This document shows positions 26,307-36,223 of a DNA stretch of 64,000 bases, piece by piece; position 1 is the first letter of the stretch, and each line of letters begins with the position of its first letter. Source of the DNA: a virus (taxonomy: Duplodnaviria; Caudoviricetes); IMG/VR virus record IMGVR_UViG_3300034069_002177, positions 1 to 64,000 of that record; one strand, written 5' to 3'. Under the pieces are notes generated by a model. That model was not told the DNA's origin. It was given only the letters and a program-made list of their open reading frames with translations, and searched no databases. Both the position numbers and the translations under genes were made by a program.

Positions 26307-27980
26307 ATGTCAGACGTAAATTGGGGCACGGGACCAGAAAAGACTCCTAACCCGCAGACTCCCCCTCAGGGACAGCCTATTCAGGGACGACCCGCGCCTA
26401 TTCCTACGCAGGGTGAACAGCCTCTTCGCGGTTTCCCCACTGCTGCTCCCCAGGGTCAGCGTCCGGTACAGCCTCAGCAGGCTCCTGGTCAGCGCCCCGT
26501 ACAGCCAGGTGCTCAGCGTCCGGTACAGCCACAGGTTCAGCCTGGCGCTGCCGTTCGTCCGCCCGCTCAGCAGGTAGGACAGCAGGCTCAGCGTCCCGCA
26601 CAGCAGCCTGTACAGCAGCCTGTACAGCAGCCTGTACAGCAGCCTGTACAGCCTCAGCAGCGACCAGTCCAGCCTGGTTCTGCTCCGGCGCAGCAGGCTC
26701 AACAGGGTCAGTTCGCAACACCTCCAGCTAATCAGCAAGGTGCTGTCTCCATCTCCGGTGCCGCAATCATCGACAATACTCCCGAGGATGTCGAACCCGC
26801 CGAGATGATTCAGTCCAAGCCTGCCGCCCCTGAGAAGCCAGCTTGGTACAAGAAGATCGAAGCTCAGATTATGCTCTGGGCTGAGACCGGTGTTTCCGAC
26901 ATCCAGATGGTTTCCGACAACTATGTGTGGATCGTTGACGACGACAACCACCAGCCAACCTCTCTGTGGTTGACTCGTGAGGATATTCTTCTTCTCGCTG
27001 ACTACTGGGTGCCTGAGAACAAGGCTCTCAATATCACTGGTGGAGCCAAGCACCTTGCCGAAGGGCATGAGGGTACACTTGAAACCGTGCAGACCCTCGG
27101 ACGTTCGTTCGCGTCTGACTCCACGCAGTCATGGCGTTCACGTATCATCTTCCGTCGTCAGGAAAATGGTCTCGGTGTCACGATGCGACTCATTCCGCCG
27201 ACCGTTCCTACGTTGGCTAAGTACCCTCAGCCTCAGCAGATCATGGATCTGTTGAAGGAGAACAACGGTCTCGTCATCGTTTCCGGTCCTACCGGTTCCG
27301 GTAAGACGACGCTTCTCGCCGCGCTTCTCAACGAGTACAACGAGAACAACCACCGTCACATGTACACCATCGAAGACCCGATTGAATTCGTGCACCTTCC
27401 CAAGAAGTCACTTGTCACTCAGCGTGAAGTCGGTCGTGACGTTGATGACTGGGCTGGTGGCATCATGGCTGCCGTTCGTTCAAAGGCTCAGGTAATCATG
27501 ATTGGTGAGCTTCGTGAGCTTGACGCTATCGTCGCTGCTCTTGACGCAGCCAACAAGGGTCACCTTGTGTTTGCAACGTCTCACGCATCTTCGGCTGCTC
27601 AGTGTATCGAAGGTATCGTTGCTCAGTTCCCACCCGGACAGCAGAACCTTGTGCAGAACCGTATTGCTGAGGTCATCAAGTGTGTTATGGTCCAGCGTTT
27701 GGTTCCCGCAACCGATGGAAAGCTCATCGCAGTGCGTGAAATCATGCTTGACCACACCACGACGACTCCTAACATCCGTGCAGGAGACTTCAGCAAGCTC
27801 ACAAACGCGCTAAAAGAGGAAGACGGGATGATTTCTTTCGAGCAATCTCTCTACTACCTTTACGAGGCAGGCAAGATTACTGAAGAAACCGCTCTGAAGT
27901 TTGCTAACATCAAGAACGATCTCGTCTTCAAGATTGACCGTCTCAAAGCGCGTAAGCGTGAAGCCGAATCCCGTCGCTAA
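26307..27980 (+). CDS. pilT: Type IV pilus retraction ATPase, PilT-like, with Q/P-rich N-terminal tail
   Basis: GLVIVSGPTGSGKTT, TIEDPIEFVH, QREVGRD, IMIGELRE, GHLVFAT.HA, GMISFEQSL..L...G.I. Confidence 0.9.
   Translation: MSDVNWGTGPEKTPNPQTPPQGQPIQGRPAPIPTQGEQPLRGFPTAAPQGQRPVQPQQAPGQRPVQPGAQRPVQPQVQPGAAVRPPAQQVGQQAQRPAQQPVQQPVQQPVQQPVQPQQRPVQPGSAPAQQAQQGQFATPPANQQGAVSISGAAIIDNTPEDVEPAEMIQSKPAAPEKPAWYKKIEAQIMLWAETGVSDIQMVSDNYVWIVDDDNHQPTSLWLTREDILLLADYWVPENKALNITGGAKHLAEGHEGTLETVQTLGRSFASDSTQSWRSRIIFRRQENGLGVTMRLIPPTVPTLAKYPQPQQIMDLLKENNGLVIVSGPTGSGKTTLLAALLNEYNENNHRHMYTIEDPIEFVHLPKKSLVTQREVGRDVDDWAGGIMAAVRSKAQVIMIGELRELDAIVAALDAANKGHLVFATSHASSAAQCIEGIVAQFPPGQQNLVQNRIAEVIKCVMVQRLVPATDGKLIAVREIMLDHTTTTPNIRAGDFSKLTNALKEEDGMISFEQSLYYLYEAGKITEETALKFANIKNDLVFKIDRLKARKREAESRR
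26601..26648 (+). repeat. Coding tandem repeat (CAGCAGCCTGTA)x4 = (QQPV)x4
   Basis: Four perfect 12-bp units in the PilT N-terminal tail. Confidence 0.9.
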
Positions 27981-27995
27981 CAAGGAAACAAATAC

Positions 27996-29879
27996 ATGTC
28001 CGATAACGAATACTACGGCTACAAAGCGCCCAAAGCGCCGGAGCCGGTATATGAAGAGCCTACGGGTTCGGATGCTGACCTCAATTCCGATTCATTCGGT
28101 ACGGGTGATGGCACCGATACGCCCTCTCGGCGTGGTCGAAAGACCAAGGAACCTCGTGGTAAGACTCCCCGTGAGCCAAAAGCACTACGCGAAAAGGCTC
28201 CGCGAGAGAAAGCTCCCCGTGTAGACAAGCGTGCTGAGGCTGCTGCTCGCAAGCAGGAAGCCAAAGATCGTGCTGAGGCTCGTAAGGCTCATGCTGCTGA
28301 ATCCAAGCGTGGCGGTAAGAATCTTCGTGAATCTACCCCAGATGTCCAGACGAGTGAGGAAATCAACAGCCCGTTTGATGAGAGCGGTGCCGGTTTCGGC
28401 TCCACCGCTGGTTCTTCTGGATACAACGACGATGCACCGACGCAGGCGTACAACCCTAACTTCGATTCCGTTCTTTCGGGCGAACCTGACCTTGATGGTT
28501 ACGGCGTTCTCCGTGATATCGACTACTCCAACGCTTCGACCGTCAAGGACGAGACCAGTGTTGAAGAGCTAGCTGATGAGGAATACAGCAAGGTTGACGA
28601 CGCTCCCGCCAAGGGCAAGGGTCGCGGACGCGCGCGTGGTAAGAAGCCTGTTACGAAGCGTAGCGATAAGAACGCCAGTATCAAGCCTTCTGTTGCCAGG
28701 CGTGACAGTAAGAAGAACTCCGCTTCTCGTAAGAAGGGTGGAAAGTCCGTACCTGACGATGCTATCAGCGCAATGCGTGGTGTCCCGCTCACTAAGAAGC
28801 AGCGTAAAGACGCTAAGAAGATCGACCCCGTACAGGCTGCGAAGTGTTTCCGTCAGCTTGCATTGATGATGCAGGTATCCCGAGACGAAATCGGTCCTAT
28901 CCGTCGTATTGCTGAGCAGTATAAGGGTAGCCCTATCGGTACTGTTTTCGCTAAGGTCTCCACCGACATGGCTGACAACAACATTTCGTTCTCTGCTGCA
29001 TTCGATAAGCACGGTAAGGTTCTTCCTCAGGTCGTCGTCAGCCTTGTTTCCGTTGGTGCTCGCGCCGGTAAGGAATCTGAGGCTCTCGTCAAGGCTGCAA
29101 CCATCATTCAAGACAATGCCAAGACTGGTAAGCAGGTCAAGTCGGCTCTTTCCGAGCCTTTGTTCACGCTTATCTTGACCGTGTTGTTCCTATTCGTTGT
29201 TCTGTTCGGTATCATCCCTCAGTTCAAGGTCGTGTTCGATACTCTCGGCAAGCCCCTTCCGTTGCTCTCCCAGATTCTGGTGAATGTGTCTACGGTGGTA
29301 GGTTATCTGACGGGTGTTGTTGCGGTAATTGTCATAGCGTGGCTGATTTACTGGAACCAAAAGGGTCGAGATAATGAGGATCTCCGCGTGAAGATCGATA
29401 CGTGGAAGCTGAATATGAAGCCTCACATCTTCGCTGACCTCATGCAGGTTTCGCAGATGTCTCAGGTGTTCGGTAACCTCCACACGCTCCGAGAGATCAA
29501 CATGTCTGAGCGTGACTCACTGATTACCACGGCTCGTTCTACGTCCAACTGGGCTATCCGCCGTCACTTGCTACAGCACGTAGACTTGATGGATAAGGGT
29601 GAAGCTCGATTCAAGGAGCTTGCCAATAACAAGCAACTGTTCCCCATTGACGCGGCATATACACTCATCGTTGGTGAGGATGCCGGTCAGGGTACGCAGA
29701 CTATCGGAATGATGGCTGAGACCTATAAGGAAGAGTCTGAGCTATCAGCCGCGCAGTTGGTTGTGGCTATTGGACCTATCGCTAACGGTGCGGTCGGTTT
29801 GGTCTACATGTTGGTCATGCTCGCGTCCTACCTTCCGGTGTTCGAGATGTACACCAGTATTGGTTCTGTCAACAGCTAA
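27996..29879 (+). CDS. pilC: Type IV pilus platform protein, PilC/GspF-like, with long charged N-terminal extension
   Basis: FRQLALMMQ, FS.AF.KH..V.PQ.VV.LV.VG...G, VKSALSEP, IIPQFKVVF..LGKPLP..SQILV, VGEDAG, GP; follows pilT. Confidence 0.85.
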   Translation: MSDNEYYGYKAPKAPEPVYEEPTGSDADLNSDSFGTGDGTDTPSRRGRKTKEPRGKTPREPKALREKAPREKAPRVDKRAEAAARKQEAKDRAEARKAHAAESKRGGKNLRESTPDVQTSEEINSPFDESGAGFGSTAGSSGYNDDAPTQAYNPNFDSVLSGEPDLDGYGVLRDIDYSNASTVKDETSVEELADEEYSKVDDAPAKGKGRGRARGKKPVTKRSDKNASIKPSVARRDSKKNSASRKKGGKSVPDDAISAMRGVPLTKKQRKDAKKIDPVQAAKCFRQLALMMQVSRDEIGPIRRIAEQYKGSPIGTVFAKVSTDMADNNISFSAAFDKHGKVLPQVVVSLVSVGARAGKESEALVKAATIIQDNAKTGKQVKSALSEPLFTLILTVLFLFVVLFGIIPQFKVVFDTLGKPLPLLSQILVNVSTVVGYLTGVVAVIVIAWLIYWNQKGRDNEDLRVKIDTWKLNMKPHIFADLMQVSQMSQVFGNLHTLREINMSERDSLITTARSTSNWAIRRHLLQHVDLMDKGEARFKELANNKQLFPIDAAYTLIVGEDAGQGTQTIGMMAETYKEESELSAAQLVVAIGPIANGAVGLVYMLVMLASYLPVFEMYTSIGSVNS

Positions 29880-29967
29880 TACCTGCTTCAAACGCTTGAT
29901 TGACGCTGTTCGAGATGATATCGTTTCTCGACCAGCGCCAATTGGCATTTAAAAGAGGACATCAGCA

Positions 29968-30666
29968 ATGCATTTAATGGAACTTTACGACAACGACGTA
30001 TACCTCGGAGCAGGTCTCGCTGCGGTATTCGCTCTCCTGCTCATGGTATTCCTCCCCCGGCTCATGGGGGCTGACGTAAAGCCTCTGAGTGAAACACCTG
30101 GCTACTTCTACTGGTTGGCACCGCTCCTAGCTGCTATTACCGCTGGACTGTTGCAGTTGGTGGACAACGGAAATCAACTCACCATCATCACATGGAGTAT
30201 TGTCGCTGGTATCGGTGCGGTAGCAACCCTGACAGACTTCAAGGACCACCGAGTACCAAACATTCTGGCGTACAACCACTTCGTTCTGGTTATCGTCGCT
30301 GTTCTCGCCAATGCATTCGTCAACAACGAAGTAGGCAACCTTGTCTGGGCTGGTGTCGCTCTGGGTGGGGCTGCAATCCTCACGTTCCTCGGCGTGACGT
30401 TGCTGAAAGTCGGTGTTGGTGACTTCAAGTACATCCCCGTTATCGCCGCCGCATTAGGATTTATCAGTCCGTGGCTTGCGCTCGGGTGGATCATTACGGC
30501 ATACTTGCTCAACTTCGTGTTCGTCATCATTGCGTTCGTGTTCCACAACACGGAGAAGAACGGTCCTCGTTCGAAAGCAATGGCTCCAATGATCCCTCCC
30601 TTCTACTTCGCTCTGTGGGCACTTGTGCCTGTCATTAGCTGGGGTATGATTCAGGCACTAGCGTAA
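29968..30666 (+). CDS. pilD: Prepilin peptidase (A24) lacking the N-terminal Cys/methyltransferase domain
   Basis: Multi-TM; TLTDFKDHRVPN and VGVGDFKY catalytic Asp motifs; PMIPPF C-terminus. Confidence 0.85.
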   Translation: MHLMELYDNDVYLGAGLAAVFALLLMVFLPRLMGADVKPLSETPGYFYWLAPLLAAITAGLLQLVDNGNQLTIITWSIVAGIGAVATLTDFKDHRVPNILAYNHFVLVIVAVLANAFVNNEVGNLVWAGVALGGAAILTFLGVTLLKVGVGDFKYIPVIAAALGFISPWLALGWIITAYLLNFVFVIIAFVFHNTEKNGPRSKAMAPMIPPFYFALWALVPVISWGMIQALA

Positions 30667-30677
30667 AGGAAGCACAC

Positions 30678-30869
30678 ATGTTCAAAGGCAAGCGCTCTAC
30701 TCACGAAGATATGCTCGAACTCATGCGAGGTGGACTCACCTCCATCGATGATTTGGACGAAACTGTCTCATATATACGAAACGGGTTCGCTCTAGCAGGT
30801 GTCGCACTCGTTATTGCGGGTGGCATTGCAGTGTCATTCCCGTGGTATTTGGCGAATTACTGGCACTAA
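30678..30869 (+). CDS. Small membrane protein in the pilus operon
   Basis: 63 aa, AAGGAAG RBS, C-terminal hydrophobic helix. Confidence 0.6.
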   Translation: MFKGKRSTHEDMLELMRGGLTSIDDLDETVSYIRNGFALAGVALVIAGGIAVSFPWYLANYWH

Positions 30870-30880
30870 AACGCAATTTT

Positions 30881-30917
30881 GCCCCCATTTCAGGCTAATG
30901 TCCCCTGAAATGGGGGC
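30881..30917 (+). terminator. Hairpin separating the machinery genes from the major pilin
   Basis: GCCCCCATTTCAGG / CCTGAAATGGGGGC perfect 14-bp stem. Confidence 0.7.
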
Positions 30918-31064
30918 TTGTTGTAACCCAAAACTTTTCTATAATGCATCGATTTTTCAAAATTGACTCTTGACATCCGTACAATTGTGTACTAGCCGCT
31001 CGTAAAGAGTAGTTACCCAAGTCCATAGGGGGCTTAGGGGATTACCCTCCAAAAGGAAAACCAA

Positions 31065-31574
31065 ATGCTTAACATCAAGTCTCTCGACCTTCGCTCGGAT
31101 GCCGCTGAAAACTCGATCATGCAGACCATCACGATTGCTGTTTCTGCAATCTTGATCGCTGCCGGTCTTGTCACTGCTCCTGGTCTCATCAACAACGCTC
31201 GTGACAACAACGCCACGACCGACCTCGCCAACATCGCCTACGGTGAAGAGTTCAACCTCGCCAACACCGGTACTTATGCAGCCGACCTTGCTACGCTTCA
31301 GTCCAACGCTAACGCAGCAATCGCTGACGGCGGTTCTGGTCCTAAGATCACCGTTTCTGGTGGAACCTGGGACAGCGTAAAGGTCGCTGCTGACGCCAAG
31401 AGCTACACGCTCTACGCAGTCTCACAGTCCGGTAACGTCTTCTCGCGTACCTCTGACAGTGGTGCAACCACCAAGGTTGGAACCTTCTCCTTCACTGGTA
31501 CCGGTTCTGCCAAGGCTCTCGGCACCTTCACTGGTACCGGAACCCTCGTTGCTGGCGACTTCACCAAGAACTAA
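31065..31574 (+). CDS. Probable major type IV pilin
   Basis: DAA|ENSIMQTITIAVSAILIAAGLVTAPG; 169 aa; AAAAGGAAA RBS; strongly biased codons; flanked by hairpins, suggesting its own transcription unit. Confidence 0.8.
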   Translation: MLNIKSLDLRSDAAENSIMQTITIAVSAILIAAGLVTAPGLINNARDNNATTDLANIAYGEEFNLANTGTYAADLATLQSNANAAIADGGSGPKITVSGGTWDSVKVAADAKSYTLYAVSQSGNVFSRTSDSGATTKVGTFSFTGTGSAKALGTFTGTGTLVAGDFTKN

Positions 31575-31606
31575 GTCTAGCTTTTAGCTAAACAAAGCTC
31601 TACACC

Positions 31607-31640
31607 ACGAACTCCCCTTCCGAAAGGTTGGGGAGTTCGT
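31607..31640 (+). terminator. Terminator after the major pilin
   Basis: ACGAACTCCCC / GGGGAGTTCGT; a second hairpin lies at 31658-31694. Confidence 0.7.
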
Positions 31641-31727
31641 CATTTAACCAAACAAGACTAGACCCATTTCATTCGGAAAACTAAATGGGTCTAGTAAGAT
31701 ACAGATACCTTCACACTAGGACAACCG

Positions 31728-32288
31728 GTGCAACTTTTTTCACACTTCAAGAAATGGTCGCGTATTGATTCCGCCGAGAACTCAATCATGCAGACCATCA
31801 CGATTGCTGTTTCAGCGATCACTATTGCCGCTGGTATTACTTCTATGCCAAACATCGTGAACGCTCAGCGTGACAATAAGGTTCGTGTTGATTTGGGTGA
31901 AGTTGCCGCAGGCGAGGATTATTACAACACCGGGACCGGAACCTACACTACCGTATTGTCCTCCATCTCCGGTAAGACCGGTACAGGCGGAACTAAGATC
32001 AATCTTACCCCCAACACTTGGACGCTAATCAAGCAGACATCTACTACAGGATATGGCGTTCTCGGTGTCTCTCAAAATGGCAATGTATACGTCATCAACG
32101 GAAGCAACAAGACTCCATTGTGGGTGGGCACAGTCACTTTCAACGGAAACATCTCCGCAACCAAGACCATCAAGTCCGGTAGTTTCAAGTTGCGCACTAC
32201 TGGTCCTTCCGCCCCTCAAATCGCCCAAATGATGAGCGATAGTGGTTTTACGACAACTGATGCGCAGACAGCGGTCCGTAACAAGTAG
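31728..32288 (+). CDS. Type IV pilin, paralog of the major pilin
   Basis: DSA|ENSIMQTITIAVSAITIAAG; head aligns with 31065 (GVSQNGNVY vs AVSQSGNVF). Confidence 0.8.
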   Translation: MQLFSHFKKWSRIDSAENSIMQTITIAVSAITIAAGITSMPNIVNAQRDNKVRVDLGEVAAGEDYYNTGTGTYTTVLSSISGKTGTGGTKINLTPNTWTLIKQTSTTGYGVLGVSQNGNVYVINGSNKTPLWVGTVTFNGNISATKTIKSGSFKLRTTGPSAPQIAQMMSDSGFTTTDAQTAVRNK

Positions 32289-32372
32289 TGATTGCCCTGC
32301 ATTACCCGCATTTTTCACTTCTCGTCTCGTCCATCTGAGATAATGAAGCACATCCCTGCCAGGAAAGACCGA

Positions 32373-34019
32373 ATGAAGCAATCAGCTACCCACACGCCTA
32401 AGACGCATCAGCGGAGGTTTATCGACATCCTCCGTGGTTTCATGCGCGATGATCGAGGTGACACGCCAATTCAGGTAATGATTGGTGCGTTCATCGCTAT
32501 CCTTCTCATCGTCCCTTCGATGACGTTCTTTGTGAACTTCCTCGCTACCACTTCGGTTACTGCTGTAGATGCAGAACGTTCCAAGGATATGCGTGCGTGG
32601 TCTATTGACGAGTTCGAAACAAAGCCTTGGGATGAGGTTCTTGCAACGTTCAAGTCCAACAAGATCGAGACCGGCGATGTCGCTACCAAGTTCAATTTCG
32701 GTATCAAGTACGCTGTTGACAACGTAGATGCTTCCGGTGGATATGTCGTCAAGCTTGTTGCGCCTCAGGCAAACGTGGATAACGCTACTTGTAACGACCC
32801 TCGCGCACACAAGACCAACGTTTGCTTGTACTACCAATACACCAAAACCCCTACACTTTCCGAAGGTCTTCCGCCAACGTGGAACGGCATGAACTACGGT
32901 AACGCTGATCTTCAGCCCGCCAGCGGAACTACTTCTCCCGCTCTTGCTGTCACCACGAACCGCACCATCAACGTCGGTACCTTCAATGGCTGCTCGGCTC
33001 TCACCCCTGACAAAATGCGTATCTCCTTCAAGTGGGTAAGCACGAACGGTATCCGTCCTACTTCGGTCCAGCACTTGGTTATCGGCGGGAAACTCTATGA
33101 GACCATTCCGCTGTCGTCGTCCTCTTCCAGTAACACTCTCTGGTATGCAGCGACCATCAACAAGCCTCAGGCATCTACGTGTTACAGCGCAGAGCAGGTT
33201 CGTATTGTTGTTGACAATGGTGCCAAGGGTACACTGAGCGACCTTTACGTCTCGCCTCTTCTCAACCAGTGCACGGCTACCGCAACCGACTCGAACTCCT
33301 GTGTCGCTGCCGGTAACGACACTTCCGACGCCAACATCCCGAACATCGTCTCGAACCCTGTATGGGCAACTGACGGTCTTACGTGGTACTTCAGCTTCGA
33401 CAGCCCCCTCACGGGTACCGCTGTTTCCAAGTACCAGATTCGTGGTACGGGAACCGAGTCCTCTTGTAACACCAATGTCACCATCATCAACGAAGGTAAC
33501 GCCAGCAACGGCACAGACAACGTATTCAAAATCGGTAGCTTCAACAGCCTTGCCGATTTGAAGAAGGCGGCTTGTGATCGTTACTATGTCACGTCGCTCG
33601 GTACCAATGGCTACAACAGCGCCGAGGTCAACTTCACTTCCGCGAACATCACCAAGGTTGTCAATGTCGATGGTTCCGGTTCCTCTGCCGCTCCTGCTAC
33701 CCCCACCACTCCGGTTCTTTCTTCGACCGCAACTGGAACCAAGTGGTCGCTCAAGTTCAGCGAAGCCAACATCAGTACCATTGACCACTTCAACGTCACT
33801 GGTAAAGGCACCAACGCCAAGTGTGTGACGACTCAGCAGAGCGTCAACCCTGTGGCAACGAGCGGAAACATCTACTCGTTGGGTACATTTACCAATGAAG
33901 CCGCCATGCGTGCCGGTACATGTGATAGTTTCAAGGTTGTCGCCGTTGGAAACAACGGACAGACGAGCAACCCTGTGACATTCACCACTGCCAGTATCAC
34001 TAATGTCGAAAATCTCTAA
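32373..34019 (+). CDS. Minor pilin-like protein with Cys-rich beta domains
   Basis: RDDRG|DTPIQVMIGAFIAILLIVP; two C-terminal repeats (W...F...I..F...G.GT...C); AGGAAAG RBS before ATG 32373. Confidence 0.75.
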   Translation: MKQSATHTPKTHQRRFIDILRGFMRDDRGDTPIQVMIGAFIAILLIVPSMTFFVNFLATTSVTAVDAERSKDMRAWSIDEFETKPWDEVLATFKSNKIETGDVATKFNFGIKYAVDNVDASGGYVVKLVAPQANVDNATCNDPRAHKTNVCLYYQYTKTPTLSEGLPPTWNGMNYGNADLQPASGTTSPALAVTTNRTINVGTFNGCSALTPDKMRISFKWVSTNGIRPTSVQHLVIGGKLYETIPLSSSSSSNTLWYAATINKPQASTCYSAEQVRIVVDNGAKGTLSDLYVSPLLNQCTATATDSNSCVAAGNDTSDANIPNIVSNPVWATDGLTWYFSFDSPLTGTAVSKYQIRGTGTESSCNTNVTIINEGNASNGTDNVFKIGSFNSLADLKKAACDRYYVTSLGTNGYNSAEVNFTSANITKVVNVDGSGSSAAPATPTTPVLSSTATGTKWSLKFSEANISTIDHFNVTGKGTNAKCVTTQQSVNPVATSGNIYSLGTFTNEAAMRAGTCDSFKVVAVGNNGQTSNPVTFTTASITNVENL

Positions 34020-34034
34020 GGAAGGAGACGGACA

Positions 34035-36215
34035 ATGCTAATCAAACTCAACGATTCCATGCGCAAGTTCTGGCGCATGGACCGCTCTTCATGGGGAAAG
34101 TTCCTACGCGGAGATCGTGCGTCGATGACGCAGGTCATGCTCATCAGCTTGATGATTCCCACGACCATTGCGCTCATTGTCTCCACGGCATTGACTCAGT
34201 TGTTCGTGCAATACCAGGATAACCGCAAGACGAATATGACTTCGGCTACCCAGGTTGCTTCCGCGTACCTTCTGAATGACATCAACACTAAGTTGCCGTC
34301 ACGATACGCCGCAATGACTCCTGCCCAGCTAAAGGCTGAGACTGCTGAGACCATCTCGACCGTGAATGCGACCACCTATGCAAAAACGTTCAACGTTGAT
34401 GCCAACGGTTGGATTACGGCTACTTTCGCGGTCAACCTTACTGGTAGTCCCGGTGATCCAGGAACCTACTCTGTGCAGTACCGCCCTACTTCGGCAACTG
34501 TCTTCAAGGGTTTCGACCCGACTACCAAGCGTCCCCTCTGGTCTTTCACCAGCGGTTCGACTGATGCCACTAAGTCTTTGACTCCTCTCGGTCTTTATGA
34601 GCAGGTTCCGACCGTTTCATCTGTTGGCGATTACCCGACCATCAACCGTCCCGGTGTGAAGGCTTCGGCTCCGTTGAATCTTCGTATTCTGCGTTCCAAG
34701 CAGTTCGGTCAGGTTCTGGCATGGGACAAGCCCGCTAACGCCGCCGACTCGCTTCTCACCGGATACCGTGTTGACTCCACCAAGAACACGGCTTGCTACA
34801 ACCTCGCGCCAGAAACCGGTACGGACGTATACGCTGACGGTTATATTACGCTTACCAAGGATTACAATTCCACCGATGTCTCGTCATGGAAATGTGGTTC
34901 TTCTGATCCTACCAACCGTGTATCCGTTCGCGGTATTGGTATCGCCGGTACCGGTGTTGCCGCATTCGTTGACTTGAAGACTGTTGTCACCTATGACTTG
35001 GACAACCTCAAGCCTTCCGTTCCCGCTAACGTGACATATGCCAAGACTGGTGCAAGTGACGTTCTTAGTTGGGACAACCAGACCTGTAACTTCGGTTACA
35101 ACATCCAGTTCCGCGTCTCTAAGACCCGTCAAGCTAATGTCACTGGTAACTACGGAATTACTGCCGACTGGTCCAACTACGTTGCTTCCGGTGGTCGTTA
35201 CAGCTTCGTCATCCCTGCCACGAATGTCACCGCTGGTGGTACGAATGGTTGGAAGGTCGAGGCTCGCTGTCTCAACAATACTTTTGGTGCATCCGACAGT
35301 AGTGGTCTTTCCAACGAAGCTACAACTGTTTCGCCAATCACGACCACTCCTAATCTCGCTAATGCGAAAATTAGTGGAACGACCAACTTCGGTACCGCTT
35401 CATGGTCCGCAGTCACTAACTGTGTCGCACCCGCCGTCGCTCAGTACCGCGTTTCGTACACCTTGCAGAATGGCGTAGCTGCTGATGATGTCATCAAGGA
35501 CTGGGGTGTCAATTACACGTCCGTTGGTGTCACAAGTAAGATCGGTACCAAGGCTGCTGTCGAGGTAGATGCGCGATGTGCTGCTGCCAATGGTGGTTCG
35601 GCATTGTATGGTCCGACCGCGACCGATACTTCCGACCCGTGGCTTGCAGCAGTCGGTGCTCCTACCGGAACACTGTCATTGACTGACAATAACGTCAATG
35701 TCGTTACCTACAAGGGTATGACTTGTGCTGCTGGTTCTACCATTCAGTATTACGTCACTCAGACCGTGACCAACGGTAGTGCTTCGGCAACTGTTCTTCA
35801 GAACTGGGGTGCAGCCGGTACCGATACCGCAACCACATCTCAGGGTGGAAATCAAACAGTAACCGCCAAGGCTCGTTGTGCTGTTGGTACCGTCTACTCG
35901 GCAAATAGCGCTACGGCAACTACGTCATGGACACGACCGGTCAGCGCTCCCGCATGGACCAAATATCCTGGTCTTTCGGGCTACCGTACATTCTCGTGGG
36001 CAGCTAGCTGTTCCGCAGGAACCGTTCAGTACCAGTTTGATGTCTACATCCAAGGCGGTGCTAAGCACGTCACTGGTGGATGGAACGGAACGACCCAGAT
36101 TAACGATTCCAACTTCGGCGGTGTCGGTTGGGGTTCTTACGGTGGAACAATTCAAGCTCGTTGTAACGTGAGTGGTGTAGTATCACCTGCCATCGTCGGT
36201 TCATCGAACGGCTAA
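34035..36215 (+). CDS. Large minor pilin/adhesin with FN3-like Cys-bridged repeats
   Basis: RGDRA|SMTQVMLISLMIPTTIALIVS; repeated W...C......QYR and V.ARC motifs. Confidence 0.75.
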   Translation: MLIKLNDSMRKFWRMDRSSWGKFLRGDRASMTQVMLISLMIPTTIALIVSTALTQLFVQYQDNRKTNMTSATQVASAYLLNDINTKLPSRYAAMTPAQLKAETAETISTVNATTYAKTFNVDANGWITATFAVNLTGSPGDPGTYSVQYRPTSATVFKGFDPTTKRPLWSFTSGSTDATKSLTPLGLYEQVPTVSSVGDYPTINRPGVKASAPLNLRILRSKQFGQVLAWDKPANAADSLLTGYRVDSTKNTACYNLAPETGTDVYADGYITLTKDYNSTDVSSWKCGSSDPTNRVSVRGIGIAGTGVAAFVDLKTVVTYDLDNLKPSVPANVTYAKTGASDVLSWDNQTCNFGYNIQFRVSKTRQANVTGNYGITADWSNYVASGGRYSFVIPATNVTAGGTNGWKVEARCLNNTFGASDSSGLSNEATTVSPITTTPNLANAKISGTTNFGTASWSAVTNCVAPAVAQYRVSYTLQNGVAADDVIKDWGVNYTSVGVTSKIGTKAAVEVDARCAAANGGSALYGPTATDTSDPWLAAVGAPTGTLSLTDNNVNVVTYKGMTCAAGSTIQYYVTQTVTNGSASATVLQNWGAAGTDTATTSQGGNQTVTAKARCAVGTVYSANSATATTSWTRPVSAPAWTKYPGLSGYRTFSWAASCSAGTVQYQFDVYIQGGAKHVTGGWNGTTQINDSNFGGVGWGSYGGTIQARCNVSGVVSPAIVGSSNG

Positions 36216-36223
36216 TCAGAAAG

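Noticed and set aside
26601-26648. Short direct repeats as a CRISPR array
   Set aside because: 12-bp in-frame tandem units without spacers; no cas genes and no repeat-spacer array seen anywhere in the window.
30678-30869. RNG|FALAG as a canonical prepilin cleavage site
   Set aside because: The site lies 39 residues in, lacks Glu5 and would leave only about 24 residues; kept as a small membrane protein.
32382-33788. 468-aa minus-strand ORF (likewise 58011..58865, 62396..63100 and plus-strand 505..933)
   Set aside because: They fully overlap better-supported genes on the other strand and have the composition expected of shadow frames.
24574-36215. Tad/Flp pilus or type II secretion assignment
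   Set aside because: A PilT-like ATPase, a single PilC-like platform and long pilins fit T4aP-like architecture; no TadA/B/C or secretin recognised.
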